Assembly: GCA_030264375.1 (NCBI GenBank) | Contig: JASCQW010000027.1 | Location: 65,624,340 to 65,688,339 of the forward strand | Direction: 5' to 3' | From: Carcharhinus longimanus | Lineage: Eukaryota | DNA: 64,000 bases | Shown: positions 14,118 through 26,620 of the stretch, piece after piece | Layout of the letters: each line of letters begins with the position of its first letter | How positions within the stretch are numbered: the first letter of the stretch is position 1 | Notes under the pieces: generated by a model | What the model was told of the DNA's origin: nothing | What the model saw: the letters and a program-made list of their open reading frames with translations, nothing else | Database searches by the model: none | Program-made: the position numbers and the translations under genes

Positions 14118-14535
14118 TGAGTCATGTTGGTAGAGCTTTTCATCTTGCACTCAGGACAAACTCAAGAATGCCAAATTTCAAACACTCATGACAATTTATA
14201 TTACAGGAGAAAAGGTGCTGATTGGTTGGCAACTCAACTCCATTTGACCAACACATTGCCACAGAGAAAGCAATGGGAAAACTATAGGTTCCTCAAGCCT
14301 CCATGTAATTCAAAAAGTATGCAAGGCTTGAACATATACCTTTTGCTTGCAGAGAATAGGCCCTTCTGTTCTGAATGTATGTTACTTCCCGCAAGTGTTT
14401 ATTAAACACTTCCATTTTCAATTGGAGAAAATTTTCTGCTCATTCATCACTGGGTGTAGGATAAGCCGTCAGAATATTTTGCAATGGAGGAGTCGTCAAC
14501 ATGGGCAAGTTTGGATGCCTTCCAATCACTAGACT
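14118..14535 (-). mobile_element. Penelope-like element 3' fragment
   Basis: Minus-strand remnant GPILCKQKVYVQALH resembling the C-terminus of a PLE GIY-YIG ORF. Confidence 0.5.
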
Positions 14536-14689
14536 GTTCGTACTAAATCTTTTTCCTTCAACTGCATACAGTAGAAGAAAAAACACATTATGGTCTAAAA
14601 TGTTGCAGTTTTGTATATCTTAACATGTATTCATCTCAGTCATGATCTTGGTACTGTACTTGCCTTGTAATGTTTACATTTAAAATTGA

Positions 14690-14932
14690 TGAGGGAGTAA
14701 GAGANNNNNNNNNNNNNNNNNNNNNNNNNNNNNNNNNNNNNNNNNNNNNNNNNNNNNNNNNNNNNNNNNNNNNNNNNNNNNNNNNNNNNNNNNNNNNNNN
14801 NNNNNNNNNNNNNNNNNNNNNNNNNNNNNNNNNNNNNNNNNNNNNNNNNNNNNNNNNNNNNNNNNNNNNNNNGGTAGAGCAGGCTCAAAGGGCCAAATGG
14901 CCTCCTCCTGCTCGTACGTTCCATGTTTCTAT
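14690..14932 (+). mobile_element. CR1 3' end spanning an N gap
   Basis: gagcaggctcaaagggccaaatggcctcctcctgctc tail. Confidence 0.6.
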
Positions 14933-15484
14933 GCCTCTTAAATTGTAAATTTACTGAGATTGATACATTGCAAATTTGTTTCAGGAAAGTTAGGATCCAT
15001 ACCACATTCTCTTGAATATATCTTGAGATGTAACTGAATATAACCCCAATGGAACCACAAAGTGGAATGGACACTTAATCACAGTCACTATCGTCCAACT
15101 TCAATATACGACAGGCCTTAAAATTGGTTCAAACCTTTGCGGATGATTGATAGCAAGTGCACATTAATTCTGGGGTTATTAGATTCATCGCTACCTGTAC
15201 CCCATCAAGTTCAACATTCAGCAATCACTGTCCTGGTTCACATGTGAAAAATTATCACTCAGGACATCTATTTATCGTAGGTAGCTAAAACTCATGAAAC
15301 TGAACTACGACATGTAGTTCTTTTTCTAAAAGCTTATTACTTTAAAAGGCCAAGAATTCAAATAGTAATTCCTACACAAGTTTGACCTTGTGTGATACCA
15401 CATTTGAAGAAGATCTTTTTGGAATTCAAACTGTGATTTTTCAGAACAAAAGCTTAAACAAGTGATGTATTTTAAAAATTGCAT

Positions 15485-15570
15485 CAACAACCACTCCATA
15501 TGCAGCACTTGTGGCAAAACGTGCTTCTCACCGACTGGCCTCCTCACCCATCAGTGCACATTATAAAGCT
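15485..15570 (+). mobile_element. RTE LINE C-terminal zinc-finger remnant
   Basis: Translates ICSTCGKTCFSPTGLLTHQCT, a single CxxC..H motif typical of RTE ORF ends. Confidence 0.5.
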
Positions 15571-16471
15571 ACCTAATCTCTAATAGGTTTCATTTACTGC
15601 ATGTCCTTCATTTTATGTAAAAACAAGGATGCCACCACCACCAAAGACAAAGTTGCATTTATATCCTTGTTTCAATGTTACAAAACAGCCCAAACGCTTC
15701 ACAGAACCGTTACAAAGCAAAATTTGACACCATGCCACAAAAGACTAGGGCAGATGGCCAAAGGATTGGTCCAACAAATAGGTTATCTATTTGAAAGGAG
15801 GAAAAACTTCCAGTAATGCTGCATTTTGGTGTGTTCATAAACAGGGATACCTAATAGTTTGCTAAAATTATTTGCTGGGTAACTTCTATTGTAGTCAGAC
15901 CACAATTAAGCACAGCTCACGTCCTCAAGAAAAACATACACGTCTTCTTCATACCTCATGACTATGGGCAACATCAAACATAGGAGAACACAGGAAACTG
16001 TTGGTTGTTGTTTTGATTTCTGCTCTGCACTGACTTACTCAACGTCAGACAGGATAGTGGCTCAGATGCTAAAATTGAACTTCAAAAATCATCCACCCAT
16101 CTACACACTCTCCCTACCACAGTAGATAAATATTATACATCTTATAATTCAAATTAAACTCTTAATCATGTCCCTTCCCCCACATCTCCCAAAAAATCTC
16201 CAAACATGGATTAGTTTGCCTATTATTTCCTCAGAATCAAATAGTTAAAAGGAGTAAGCTTTGGCATTCATTGAACATTCCCCCATCATGTTGTTCTCAT
16301 ATTGATAAAACCTGTCTTTAGTCAACTGTAATAGCAAGATTGCTTCCAACACAGTATTGATCCCTTTAATTTCCATTGTGACACTCATCTCATGCCTGCA
16401 AGCACATGAAGCCAATGGACAATTCAACTTCAAACAGGATAACATGACATATGGATAACTTTTCTTTATTC

Positions 16472-16775
16472 AGGTGGCAGGATAGGCACAGTGGTTAGCA
16501 CTGCTGCCTCAAAGCGCCAGGGACCTGGATTCAATTCCAGCCTCAACTCACTGTCTGTGTGGAGTTTGCACCTTCTCCCCATGTCTGCATGGGTTTCCTC
16601 CAGGTGCTCCAGTTTCCTCGTACATGCCACACACATTGTGTGGGTTAGGTTAATTGGCCATGCTAAATTACCCCTTTGTGCAAGGGATACCAGGATAGGG
16701 CCTGGGTGGGATTGTCGTCGATGCAGGTTCAATGGGCTGAAAAGCCTCCTTCTGCAATGTAGGCATTCTATAAAA
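16472..16775 (+). mobile_element. HE1-like V-SINE, CR1-type tail (type A)
   Basis: tRNA head, V-domain tgtgtggagtttgca..gggtttcctcc, tail gggctgaaaagcctccttctgcaatgtagg. Confidence 0.88.
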
Positions 16776-17313
16776 TGAAGTCCAGGAGGTCAGATGACCT
16801 TTGCAACTTCTGCGCAGACAAATATCTAACTCCAGACTCTCAAAGGTAATTAAAATATAAGTATGTGGGTGGAACACCTTCCATTGAAAAGGCATTCCAG
16901 ATACGAAACCACTTGTGAATTTACTGCTCAATGATCGGACTGATTACAGAAACTTAAATTCAATGATTCACTCAGACCCAGGAAGCTCGAAACCTGAGTG
17001 GTGGAGAGAAAACTAGTTTATTACAAGCAGGTGTGAACAACTGCCATTAATTTCCCCATTGTGTGGTAATGGAGTCTAAGTATTGATCATGTGGACACAA
17101 ACTAAATTGACTAGAGACAAAGGGGTGGCATGATGGTTAGCACAGCAGCCTCACAGCACCAGGGACTGGTTTTAATTCTGGCCTTGGGTCACTGTCTGTG
17201 TGGAGTTTGCACATTCTCCCCATGTCTGCATGCGTTGCCTCCAGGTACTCCGATATCCTCCCACAGTCAAACGTGTGTGGGTTAGGTAGATCGGCCATGC
17301 TAAATTAACCCAG

Positions 17314-17776
17314 TTAAGGGTAACTGGGTACCCAGTTAGAGTAACCCAGTTAGGGTAAGCTTTCTCCAAGGCAGCCTTCATGACAGCACAGAGTTGCTGA
17401 GCAGAGACTGATAGCCAAGTTCCACACACGACAACAATCTCAACCAGGATCTTGGGTTCATGTCACACTATCTGTAAGCCCCACAACTTGCCTGCACTTA
17501 CAAAATCTCTAACTGTCCTGGCTGGAGGCAATACGCATCTTTTTAACCTGTGCTTAATGTTCTCTCCATTCATTATCTGTACCTTTAAGACTTGCATTTC
17601 AACCATTATTTTGCAGTTTGAGTTTGTGTCTTTATATGCCCTGTTTATGAACAGAACTCATTTACCTGACGAAGGAGCAGAGCTCTGAAAGCTAGTGGCT
17701 TTTGCTACCAAATAAACCTGTGTTGAGAGACTTCTTGCTGCGTTTACCCCAGTCCAACGTCAGCATCTCCATATCA
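17314..17776 (+). mobile_element. 5'-truncated Penelope-like element
   Basis: GIY-YIG C-terminal remnant (RVAEQRLIAKF..LNQDLGFMSHYL*) and terminus ccaaataaacctg..ccccagtccaacgtcagcatctcca shared with 37335-37388, 39548-39650 and 46522-46628. Confidence 0.85.
17661..17698 (+). ncRNA. Minimal hammerhead ribozyme motif in Penelope terminal repeat
   Basis: UUAC-CUGACGA-A-GGAGC(AGA)GCUCU-GAAA-GC-UA-GUGG: full catalytic core, 5-bp stem II, palindromic AGCU stem III, weak stem I. Confidence 0.6.
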
Positions 17777-20412
17777 AAATTAACCCAGCGTCAGGGGATT
17801 AGCAGGAAATATGAGGGGTTACAGGAAGAGTCTGGATGGGATTGTGTTAAGTGCAGATTCGAGGGGCCAAATGGCCTCCCTCTGCACCGCAGGGATTCTA
17901 TGATTCTAACATATTATTCCAAAGACCAGCCAAGAGCAAGTGAGTCTGAAGGCCAACAGCACACAAGAGGGACCACCCTCCAACAAGACGACAGTACCCT
18001 GGCTCACCAGTCAACCAAGGCAGTTAGAGGGTCTAATTTGTTCCCCCTGCAAAAAAAAAAGCACTCGGCCACAACTTCATCTGAAAGCCCAAAGACTTCC
18101 AACTTAGAAAGAATTTTGGAAGAGGACCCCATCCAGGCCTGAACCGCAAGAGGATTCCATCTGGCCTTGCAATTATTTCATCTAAAAGGACTAATTTGAA
18201 CACATGATTTGTTTCCTTGTTACTCCATTAATAATCTAAGTGCGTACATCACCTATAAAATGCATTTTCTTGTGTATTGTGTGTCTGTGTTTGAGGAAGG
18301 TTCTCTGCATTTACATATAAATCCTTTCTTTAGATTTAAACTTACATTTTGTTGTGAACAACCAAGAGGTGAGCCAAAGGGGATTCCCACCCACCTGTTT
18401 CACCTTGACTTTATTCTTGGCATTTATATTTGCCATTCACAATGATAAAATAAATGTGCAATTTGTCTGGTGGTATTTTGACCAAAACTGTCAGGTCAGC
18501 AGTTTAACTGCTGGGCCAAAATGCTGTATGCAGCTTAAAAAAAATGAAAAATGCTCATCATTCACAGTATTCAAAGACTCGTGCTTATGATGCCAACTCA
18601 ACGTGCAGGTAATGTGCAACTGGCTGCAACTCAAAGTATAATCATCAGGATTTAGTGTGGTTGGCTCATAAAATGGCCTTTTTTAAATAAAAACTAATTT
18701 TCCCTAATAGCAGACATCAAGTATACTTGCATTGCATGGATGGCTGTAACATTAGGCACCATTAATATGTGACTTAGCACAAATCAAGAGGCTACACTAA
18801 ACAAATTAGATTTGTATTTACATTGCACTATATGGTATTTCAGAGCAATTGAAATGCAATGGCATTACGTAGGCAAAGTGGATGGCAGCTTTAAGCTTCT
18901 TAACAAGCTACATTCTCACCCAAATTTAAGATGGCTCAAATATTACCCTGTTCAATATTTTGGCTATCAATTGAAAATGGCTCAGAGAAATACTGATCTG
19001 AACAGGTTTAAACACATCAAGTTAGCAGGGGTATTGTACTCAATAAAAACTTGAGGTCCCTTCATGGGTCAAAACACATGGCAAAATCTTTTGCATTAAA
19101 TTAGACACTGCGTAAGCAGCCCAATTGTATCCTCACAACTAAACAAGGAAAGGCTCATTGAATTCTGGACAGGGAACTGACCACTCTGGGTGAAGTTGAA
19201 AGATTTTAACACATTCAATATATTTAATCACGACAGGACAATCGCCAAAAGAACAATGTCAAGATGTGTTATTATCTCTCTTGCTTGAATGGCATAGATC
19301 TCAAAACATTATGACCACAGATAAGTAACTCTTCAAAGTACATAAATGTACTTGGCATCAGAGAGTAAACCTTGAAAGTTTTCAGATTTTTGGACAATGA
19401 AGTAACTAAAATAAATGACACAATTAATAAATTCTGAACCTCTGGTTATAAAGCCATGAAGTGGAAATTTGAGAAATGAAGCAGAGATGACATGGCCATA
19501 AATGAAGGTTTCTGTAATTATCAGAATAAAGGTTGAGGTCTTGTGTCATATTGAGCAGCGTCTCTGCCTCAGCCAGAAATACAAGGACCAAGTCCCATTG
19601 CAGGACTGGATGGGCATGAAAGGTGTTCACAACGGCCAAACAAGTTCATTACCAACATGCAAATCTATCCAACATGCCTACAGCAGGTGGCAAGAACGGA
19701 AGAGTCTCCTGCAGAGTTGTCTCCTTCAACCTATATATAGCCTCTGATTTCAGGCTAGCAGCCCATTCCAGTAAAACAAAAACAGATGCAAGCATGAGTT
19801 TTGTATGCCTCATGAGTCTCTAGTTAGGGAATCCGAAGAGAATGAGGTTGGGCTGAAGGTGAGCAACACCTTGTCAAAAGGTGACAGTTTCGACAATGTG
19901 CAGATGCTGCGTTTGAAGATCAAAATAGTACATAGTGATCACACTTTGCTGGGTTTAATCCAGAAGGGAAGCCAAATAGTGACTGGAATGAATGCCTAAA
20001 CAACAAAACCTCTGGCAGATGTTCAATGCAAAGACTTCCATTTTCAGCAAGAAATCTTGTTTATGCAGGGAACAAAGTTGACCTTGAAGCCCCCACTGTT
20101 TATTAAAGTATTTGTAACCTGTATCAGTCTCAATGCTTTATAATTGGTCTTGTTTCACTAAAGGGTTCAGCAGTAATCTTGCTCCAGGATTGGAGGAAAC
20201 GTCTATGGGAGGATGTGCAAGGTCACAGTCTCTAGTCACATACAAGGGATTTCATTATAATGACCCTTTCAGCAAATACCTAAATCATTAGAGGCGGAAG
20301 ATCTATTTAAGAGAGAGTGGTAACTCCATCAGAGTATCTAGTGCAGACCTCAAATAATCACGTTGTATTTGTAGCAGTGACTACACTTTAAATTAAGTAC
20401 TTAACGGGTTGT

Positions 20413-21352
20413 ATGTTACAGAACATAGGAGCAGGAGTAGGCTATTTGGCCCCTTCAGCCTGCTCTGCCATTCAATAAGATCATGGCTGATCTTGTTGTG
20501 AACTCAACTCCACTTACCCTCGTGCTCACCAGAACCCTTAGTTCCTTTACTGTTCAAAAATGTATCTATCTTTGCTTTAAAAACATTCAATGAGATAGCC
20601 TCAACTGTATCACTGGGCAGGGATTTCCACAGATTCACAACCCTTTGTGTGAAGAAGTTCCTCCTCAACTCAGTTCTAAATCTGATTCCCCTTATTTTGA
20701 GGTTATGCCCCCTAGTTCTCATTTCACCCAGTGAAAATAACTTCCCTGCATCTATATATTTTTATAAGATTTCTCCTCATTCTTCTGAACGCCAATGAGT
20801 ATAAGCCAAGTCTACTCAGTCTCTCCTCATAAGCCAAATATCTCAACTCCAGAATCAACCTAGTGAATCTCCTCTGCATCCCCTCCTGTGCCACTATATC
20901 CTTTCTCAAGTAAGGAGATCAAAACTGCACACAGTACTCCAGGTGTGGCCTCACCAGCACCTTATACAGCTGCAACACAATCTCACTGTTTAAACTCCAT
21001 CCCTCTAGCAATGAAGGACAAAATTCCGTTTGCCTTCTTAATTACCTNNNNNNNNNNNNNNNNNNNNNNNNNGCACAAGGACACCCAGGTCCCTCTGCAC
21101 AGCAGCATGCTGCAATTTTTTACCATTTAAATAATAATCCATTTTGCTGATATTCCTACCAAAATGGATGACCTCATATTTACCAACATTGTACTCCAAC
21201 TGCCAGGCCCTTGCCCACTCACTTAGATCATCTATATCTTTTTGCAGACTTTCAGCATCTTCGGCACACTTTGCCCTACCACTCATCTTAGTGTCATCCA
21301 TGAATTTTGATACACTACACTTGTTCCCCAACTCCAAATCATCTATGTAAAT
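20413..21352 (-). mobile_element. CR1 LINE RT C-terminus and 3' UTR, inserted into an older Deu-like SINE tail (~20330-20412, 21355-21412)
   Basis: IYIDDLE..SKFMDDTK, RRNFFTQRVVNLW; flanks carry gtgactacactt..aagtact and L2-type tail halves. Confidence 0.88.
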
Positions 21353-22599
21353 CATCAGTTATATTTGGGACATCTTGGGGAAATTGGAAAGGTTGTATAA
21401 ATGTAATTCTTCAAATGCTGCAGATAAATTTTTAAAGGGAATTATTTTTGTGAAAACTGCATGATTGGTATTATTTGATATAAAACTGAATCATGTTTAT
21501 CACAATACAAATAGTCTGAACATATTCGTTGAAGCAACTAGTAGTTATTATAGCTGCATTATTAGTAGAAATACTGGCTGAAATGTTAACATTGAAATAC
21601 TTTGAATTAAAGTTGTTCAATTGCAAGCTTTAAAAATTTCCCTCCCGAGAATGATCCTAACAAAGCAACTGTTCAGATTTCTGGTGTAACAAAAAAATCC
21701 AGTGATTTAGACTTTTAGCCAAATATGAAGGAACAAGGACAGGTTGGTAGGATATAGTAAAGTGTATCTAAAACCATCTAACTACACGAGTAAATTTCAA
21801 TGTAATTCAGAAACTGAGTTTCATCAATCAAATATATCTGGGAATGGAAGGAACAACACCAAATTAGTTCTTTGACAAGGATTAATAAACAAAACTAACA
21901 ATATAGAGTATTTATGCCACAATAACTGACAATGGTATTGTACTTGTACGTTTTTGAGGTTTCAGAATACCCAAGCATGGATTGGAAATACTATAAATGA
22001 ACACATTTTAGCCCATAACTGAAATTGTGGTCATTTCTTGAACTTTTACTGTATCATTTTCTTGACGTGCCAGTACTGTAGGGTCTGCATTGTAAATGCA
22101 TTTTACTTCAAACATACACCAAACCAGGTAACTGCTGTAATTTTTAATTGTTTAATTATAGCTAACCTCTTCCGGGGACTTTCACGTTTGAAAGAGCTTC
22201 CCAGCTGATACACTTTAAAGACAAAAGTAACAATCTGGATTTCATACCTGCTTCCCTCCCCCCTCATTCTACCTTCAAAACTGTCATGGATTAGGGTAGA
22301 AGATAACGTACAACATGTTCACCGGTAGGATCAGTGCCTCTCCCTAGTTAAAGAAACTCAGTTGATCAGTCAGTAACTGCAAAAGCTTCTCTGTGGCAAA
22401 AACGTAACTAAGCTGAAAGACTCAAGTAACAATGGCCAACACCCCCATCTGGAAAAGCCAGAGTTCAGACATCACCACAAATTAGTTGAAAGTCCAACCG
22501 ACTTTCATTGTTGCCACAAGGGCAGCACTGCAATAAATCATGTCTGAATTTATCCACTGATAATATTTTAACTTCAAATTGTAGATTAATTGGGCTGCA

Positions 22600-23605
22600 T
22601 AATGTTATCTAAAAGGAGAAAAATAGCAGGTCACATTTGGCAAATCTGACTGGATGATGATAGATGTGGTGAAAAAGGAAAATGCATTGAATGTAACATA
22701 TAGTACATGGATAGCAAGTCTTGGACAAGGTACCACACAGACAATATTTGAGTTGATTAATGAGTATGGAATTAAAAAGATCAAAGTGGATTGAAAACTT
22801 GTTTTACAAAAACAAATGCAGAATGCTTGAAAATGGAAGAGATGGAGAAAGCAGGGTCCAGTTCTCTAATTAGGAAGCTTGGTAAATTATTCTAGGACTA
22901 AAAGGAAGCTGCAACAGGATATGGATAAGGAGGAGGAATTAGCAAAAATGGCAAACAGATTTCAATGTCTGACATTATGGAGGGGGCGCGGTTCAGTGTG
23001 AAATGTGATTCACCTCCCATGTCTCAGGAAAATGAATTAATGGAATAATGGCCATTAATGGAATAATGGGCACTCATGAATAATGTAAAAAGACAAAATA
23101 TAATGGATTTCATATTGCAAAGCAAGTGAGGCATAGAATATAAAGGTCAAACTCCAATGGTGAATCCACATGAAACCTCAGTTTGAATGCTGTACACAGC
23201 TTTGCAATCCCCACAAAATGTCCTACAGGAAGGATGTAAAAAAATAAGAAGGTTTAGTGTATTAGGGATCATTAGCATGCTGCCTGGCACAAGGAAATAT
23301 ATACAGAAAGACAAAGTAGATTACAGTGTGTTTCGGTCAAAGTGTATAACGTTGAGGATAGGGGAGATTGGAAAACATCAGTTTCTGGTAATTAAGGGGT
23401 CAACATTGAAACTTAGGTCAGGGAAGAAATATTAACAGTTGTGAAGTGTGAGTGAGCCAGAGATCATTCTAAAAGGTAATAGGGTAGACACTGGTCGAAG
23501 CTTCAAGTGACATGGAGATGAGACAGGCAACATGGACTGAGTGGGGGCAATAAGGATCAACATGGACAGATTGGGCCAAATAGCTTAGTGTGTAACAATT
23601 ATATG
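22600..23605 (+). mobile_element. Very old CR1-like remnant
   Basis: Degenerate RT and 3' motifs (gacaaggtaccaca, gattgggccaaatagc). Confidence 0.45.
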
Positions 23606-24662
23606 AAATGTTATGGTTAAAAGACATGAAATTATCCAAACATAAGAGTAATTAAAATTATGGTAACAAACCTTACAGTTCCCAAAATTCTGCTGTGTTG
23701 TATTTTAAAACAGAACGTTGAACTTAAGAATTGATCTCACTCCACTGTCACTCAATAATTAAAAATTAAAGTTAAACAGGGAAAATATTGCTGAAATATA
23801 TTACAATTCTGTGCCTCTTAAAGTAGAGGATTCACAATGATTATGTTTAGCCTTGTTCAAAAAAATTTGAATATTTAACAAGTTTGGTCATTAACTGTGT
23901 TCATGTCAGCATGAATGAAAGCCTGTCTAGAACCCAAAAGGAGGAGAGAGACTGTGTATAGTAAACAGGTTAAAAAAAAAATGTCATCTCTGTCTGATAC
24001 CCACATACAGAAGAGCCATCACAAGGCAAATTAAAAGGATTTCAAATTATTTTGAAGCATAAAGAATATAACATGATGTCCAACGCTGCAAAATTTCACA
24101 TCATTGTAACTATGACCAACAAGGGCATGCTGTTAATTTAAACATCAATAACTTGATGCAGCAATTTGCATCCCTGACATATTTGTGGGGTTAAACATAA
24201 CCATGTTACTTCAAATGAAATGCTTTACAATTTAATTTTCAGCACCATTGCTTTGCTGGTTTGCATTTCACTTGCGACGATTTTTTTTTAAAAAGTAAAG
24301 TAAACAAAGAAAGAAATTGTGCCGAAAATATCCATTATCAGTATTAACATTAAGCGTACTATCTCCTGCAGTTCATGGGTACCAGCGCATGAATTTAACA
24401 CTGATGTTGAGGTGGAACTAGCGTGCCATCATCCTTTGTAAAGAAAATTGCCATGCACCTAATGCCCTGCCCAGACGCATTCCAGCATCGACATTCAACA
24501 GAAAAACCACGAAGCCCCCCAACACCTCTAGCTTTCACAATCTGTATGGACCTTCAAAAAAAGTAACACTGTGAAACTAAAATGTATATTTGTTTTCCAA
24601 ACACCAAGACAAACACAGGGCTTGTGGTAAACAACCCATCGCTAACATCCATATGCACTTAC

Positions 24663-24746
24663 CGTCAGAATGCTCCAATGCATCGTCGCTGCGGACCAAG
24701 CTACGAGAGAGGGAAGAAAGCACCACAACAAGCTAAAAGCTCCCAT
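24663..24746 (-). CDS. TNFRSF21: TNFRSF21/DR6 exon 1 coding part (MGAFSLLWCFLPSLVAWSAATMHWSILT)
   Basis: ATG in strong Kozak context (GCA ATG G), 28 codons, perfect donor ACG|gtaagt in phase 0 joining exon 2 LLFVLLG to form a signal peptide. Lies in the only clear CpG-rich island of the window. Confidence 0.88.
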
Positions 24747-24757
24747 TGCTAGCAGGG

Positions 24758-25068
24758 CTAGGCGGTTAAGAGTTTGCTGGTGGCCGCCGCTGGAGCTGCC
24801 AGGCGTCCATAGCTCGCACACTGGTTCATTTTACCGTGTTTTTGTGGCGAGCCGCCTCACTCCGCATTGTGCCACTGCCCCGCTCGACGCACTTCTACTG
24901 CGCTAGGATCGGCAACCACCCCCCCATACGGACGGCCGCCGATAGATTTTACTGGCACCAGCGGCTCCGCCACTGCAGGAACCTGGCGGCCACTTTCACC
25001 AAGTCGACTGGCTTCAAGTAGTAAGGGAGAAGCGACTGGTCGTCAATGTCGGCTGCATTTATTCCCAT
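24758..25068 (-). promoter_or_regulatory. Cluster of upstream ORFs in the probable TNFRSF21 leader
   Basis: uORFs 24810-24766 (14 aa), 24829-24758 (23 aa), 24867-24826 (13 aa), 24927-24895 (10 aa), 25068-24949 (39 aa); inclusion depends on the unknown TSS. Confidence 0.5.
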
Positions 25069-25763
25069 AGCTCCAGTGAGGCTGCTTTGTTCAGAGCGCG
25101 GCGAGCTGAGGCTGAGACTGAATGGGGATCAAGAAGCGCTCTCCGGCTCCGCTGTCGCAGTGAAGGGGGAAGGGGCGGGGCCGGGAGCTCTGCGTCATCC
25201 TCAGAACGCTCCGGGCCACATTCCATTGCCAATCAGACACCCCAGCCGAGCCCCCGCCTTCGCACTGACACCGCCCTCACTCGCCGGCAGCACACCGGCC
25301 GCAGAGTCAAATGAGAGTCACCCTTTCCTGAGTTTCCACATGTTCTACACCTCTGTTACACTGTCATCCCGCAGCCTCCTCCTTTCCTTCTCTATGTGAC
25401 GGTAATACATCAAATCAATTCAAATATTGAGGTGGACGTTGTGTATGGCGTTTTCCCGTTCAGTTCGGACAGCAGACCTTTATAAATTTAAACTGGATTA
25501 CTTTGCTGCTGCGGTGAAAGTGTGGATGGAAATGAAGTTTAATTTGGGGAAATAATTTTAAGCAATTTTAAGAGGATAAGGAAAGACCGGAGCATGCTCA
25601 TTGCAGGGACAGATTAACATGGCAACGTGAGANNNNNNNNNNNNNNNNNNNNNNNNNNNNNNNNNNNNNNNNNNNNNNNNNNNNNNNNNNNNNNNNNNNN
25701 NNNNNNNNNNNNNNNNNNNNNNNNNNNNNNNNNNNNNNNNNNNNNNNNNNNNNNNNNNNNNNN

Positions 25764-25840
25764 CCGGCATGTCTTGCAGAGGTTGCTGTGACAGGGTTGT
25801 GTGGTATTGTGGTCACTGTTCTCCTGAAGGCTGGGTAGTT
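25764..25840 (-). mobile_element. Penelope-like fragment next to an N gap
   Basis: Near-copy of 40250-40323 of the larger Penelope element. Confidence 0.7.
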
Positions 25841-26239
25841 CTCTATTTATACCAGCAGCATTGCTCTCAAATCACCCACCCCAAAAATCTTGTACCTGAG
25901 AGCCAAGATTATGCTCCTCAAGTTTAACCCTCTAAACCCCACTATTATTCTGTTGAATCTGTTGTTGCATCCATCCCCATTCCCCATTGCCAATTTTTCT
26001 TTCCATAGATGAGATGCTAAAAATGGAATGGAGCAAATTAGTTGCCATTTGACCAAGTCTTGAATAGGCCAGTATGGCTCATGCCTCTGAGAACAGGCGT
26101 AGGCTCCAAATGCCCTGTAGGCTTATCTTTAGGGGACACCAGGAGTAAGGGTGTGGGAGCAGAAAGAGAAGCCAGAACTAATAATTATCTGGTTATGATT
26201 AGATGGAGAAGAATTAAACCAAGCACATGCAGTCCCATT

Positions 26240-26540
26240 TAACTGGGTGACAGTGCCGTGAACTGTTTCAAAGATTACAGATACGTTGTGAAGAAGGAGG
26301 TGGGACAGTTTAATATGGTCACAATTACATAGGATATTAATTGTGATGCTGATAACAGCCAGTCAATTCTGGAGCAGAGGTAGAAACCGGATTGGAGGAT
26401 TTCAAACATGGAGCTCCGGAAAAGAAGGGGACAGATTTTAGAAGCAACACCACTTACAAGGACTTTGGAAAGGAAAGGAAGTTGGGGATAGGCCCGTAGT
26501 TTGTGAAGGTGGTGAGATCAATATTTGAAAGAGTGATGCA
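26240..26540 (-). mobile_element. L2-like RT fragment
   Basis: Minus strand ELHV..LQSGF..APELT, homologous to 58100-58300. Confidence 0.55.
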
Positions 26541-26620
26541 TGGAAAGTTACATCTCACTTGCAACTTAATGACTCACAAATGAGTCAGATAAAGCAAAGG
26601 TCATATTTGAGTGGGTGTTG

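Larger units (their letters stand above)
17122..17908 (+). mobile_element. HE1-like SINE split by a Penelope insertion (SINE halves 17122-17313 and 17777-17908)
   Basis: Head and V-domain on the left, CR1-type tail on the right; 12-bp duplication AAATTAACCCAG at 17302-17313 and 17777-17788. Confidence 0.85.
24660..25400 (-). promoter_or_regulatory. CpG-island promoter / 5' UTR of TNFRSF21
   Basis: Sharp GC and CpG enrichment; GC box GGGGCGGGGC 25172-25181, CRE/AP1-like TGCGTCA 25191-25197, CCAAT 25229-25233, CCCCCGCC 25251-25258. Confidence 0.8.

Noticed and set aside
15485-15570. C2H2 zinc-finger gene exon
   Set aside because: Single finger without TGEKP linkers; fits an RTE ORF terminus
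16485-16540. tRNA genes at SINE heads
   Set aside because: A/B-box heads run straight into V-domain bodies; no complete cloverleaf
17925-18430. Possible LTR fragment
   Set aside because: No termini, TSD or second copy visible
1983-22185. NF-kB-like sites (GGGGAATTCC 1983, GGGGATTCCC 18379, GGGGACTTTCAC 22174)
   Set aside because: A few matches are expected by chance in 64 kb, at least one lies in a repeat, and there is no clustering or conservation evidence
24670-25399. Plus-strand ORFs over the CpG island as an antisense gene
   Set aside because: GC-rich stop-poor sequence with no recognisable domain
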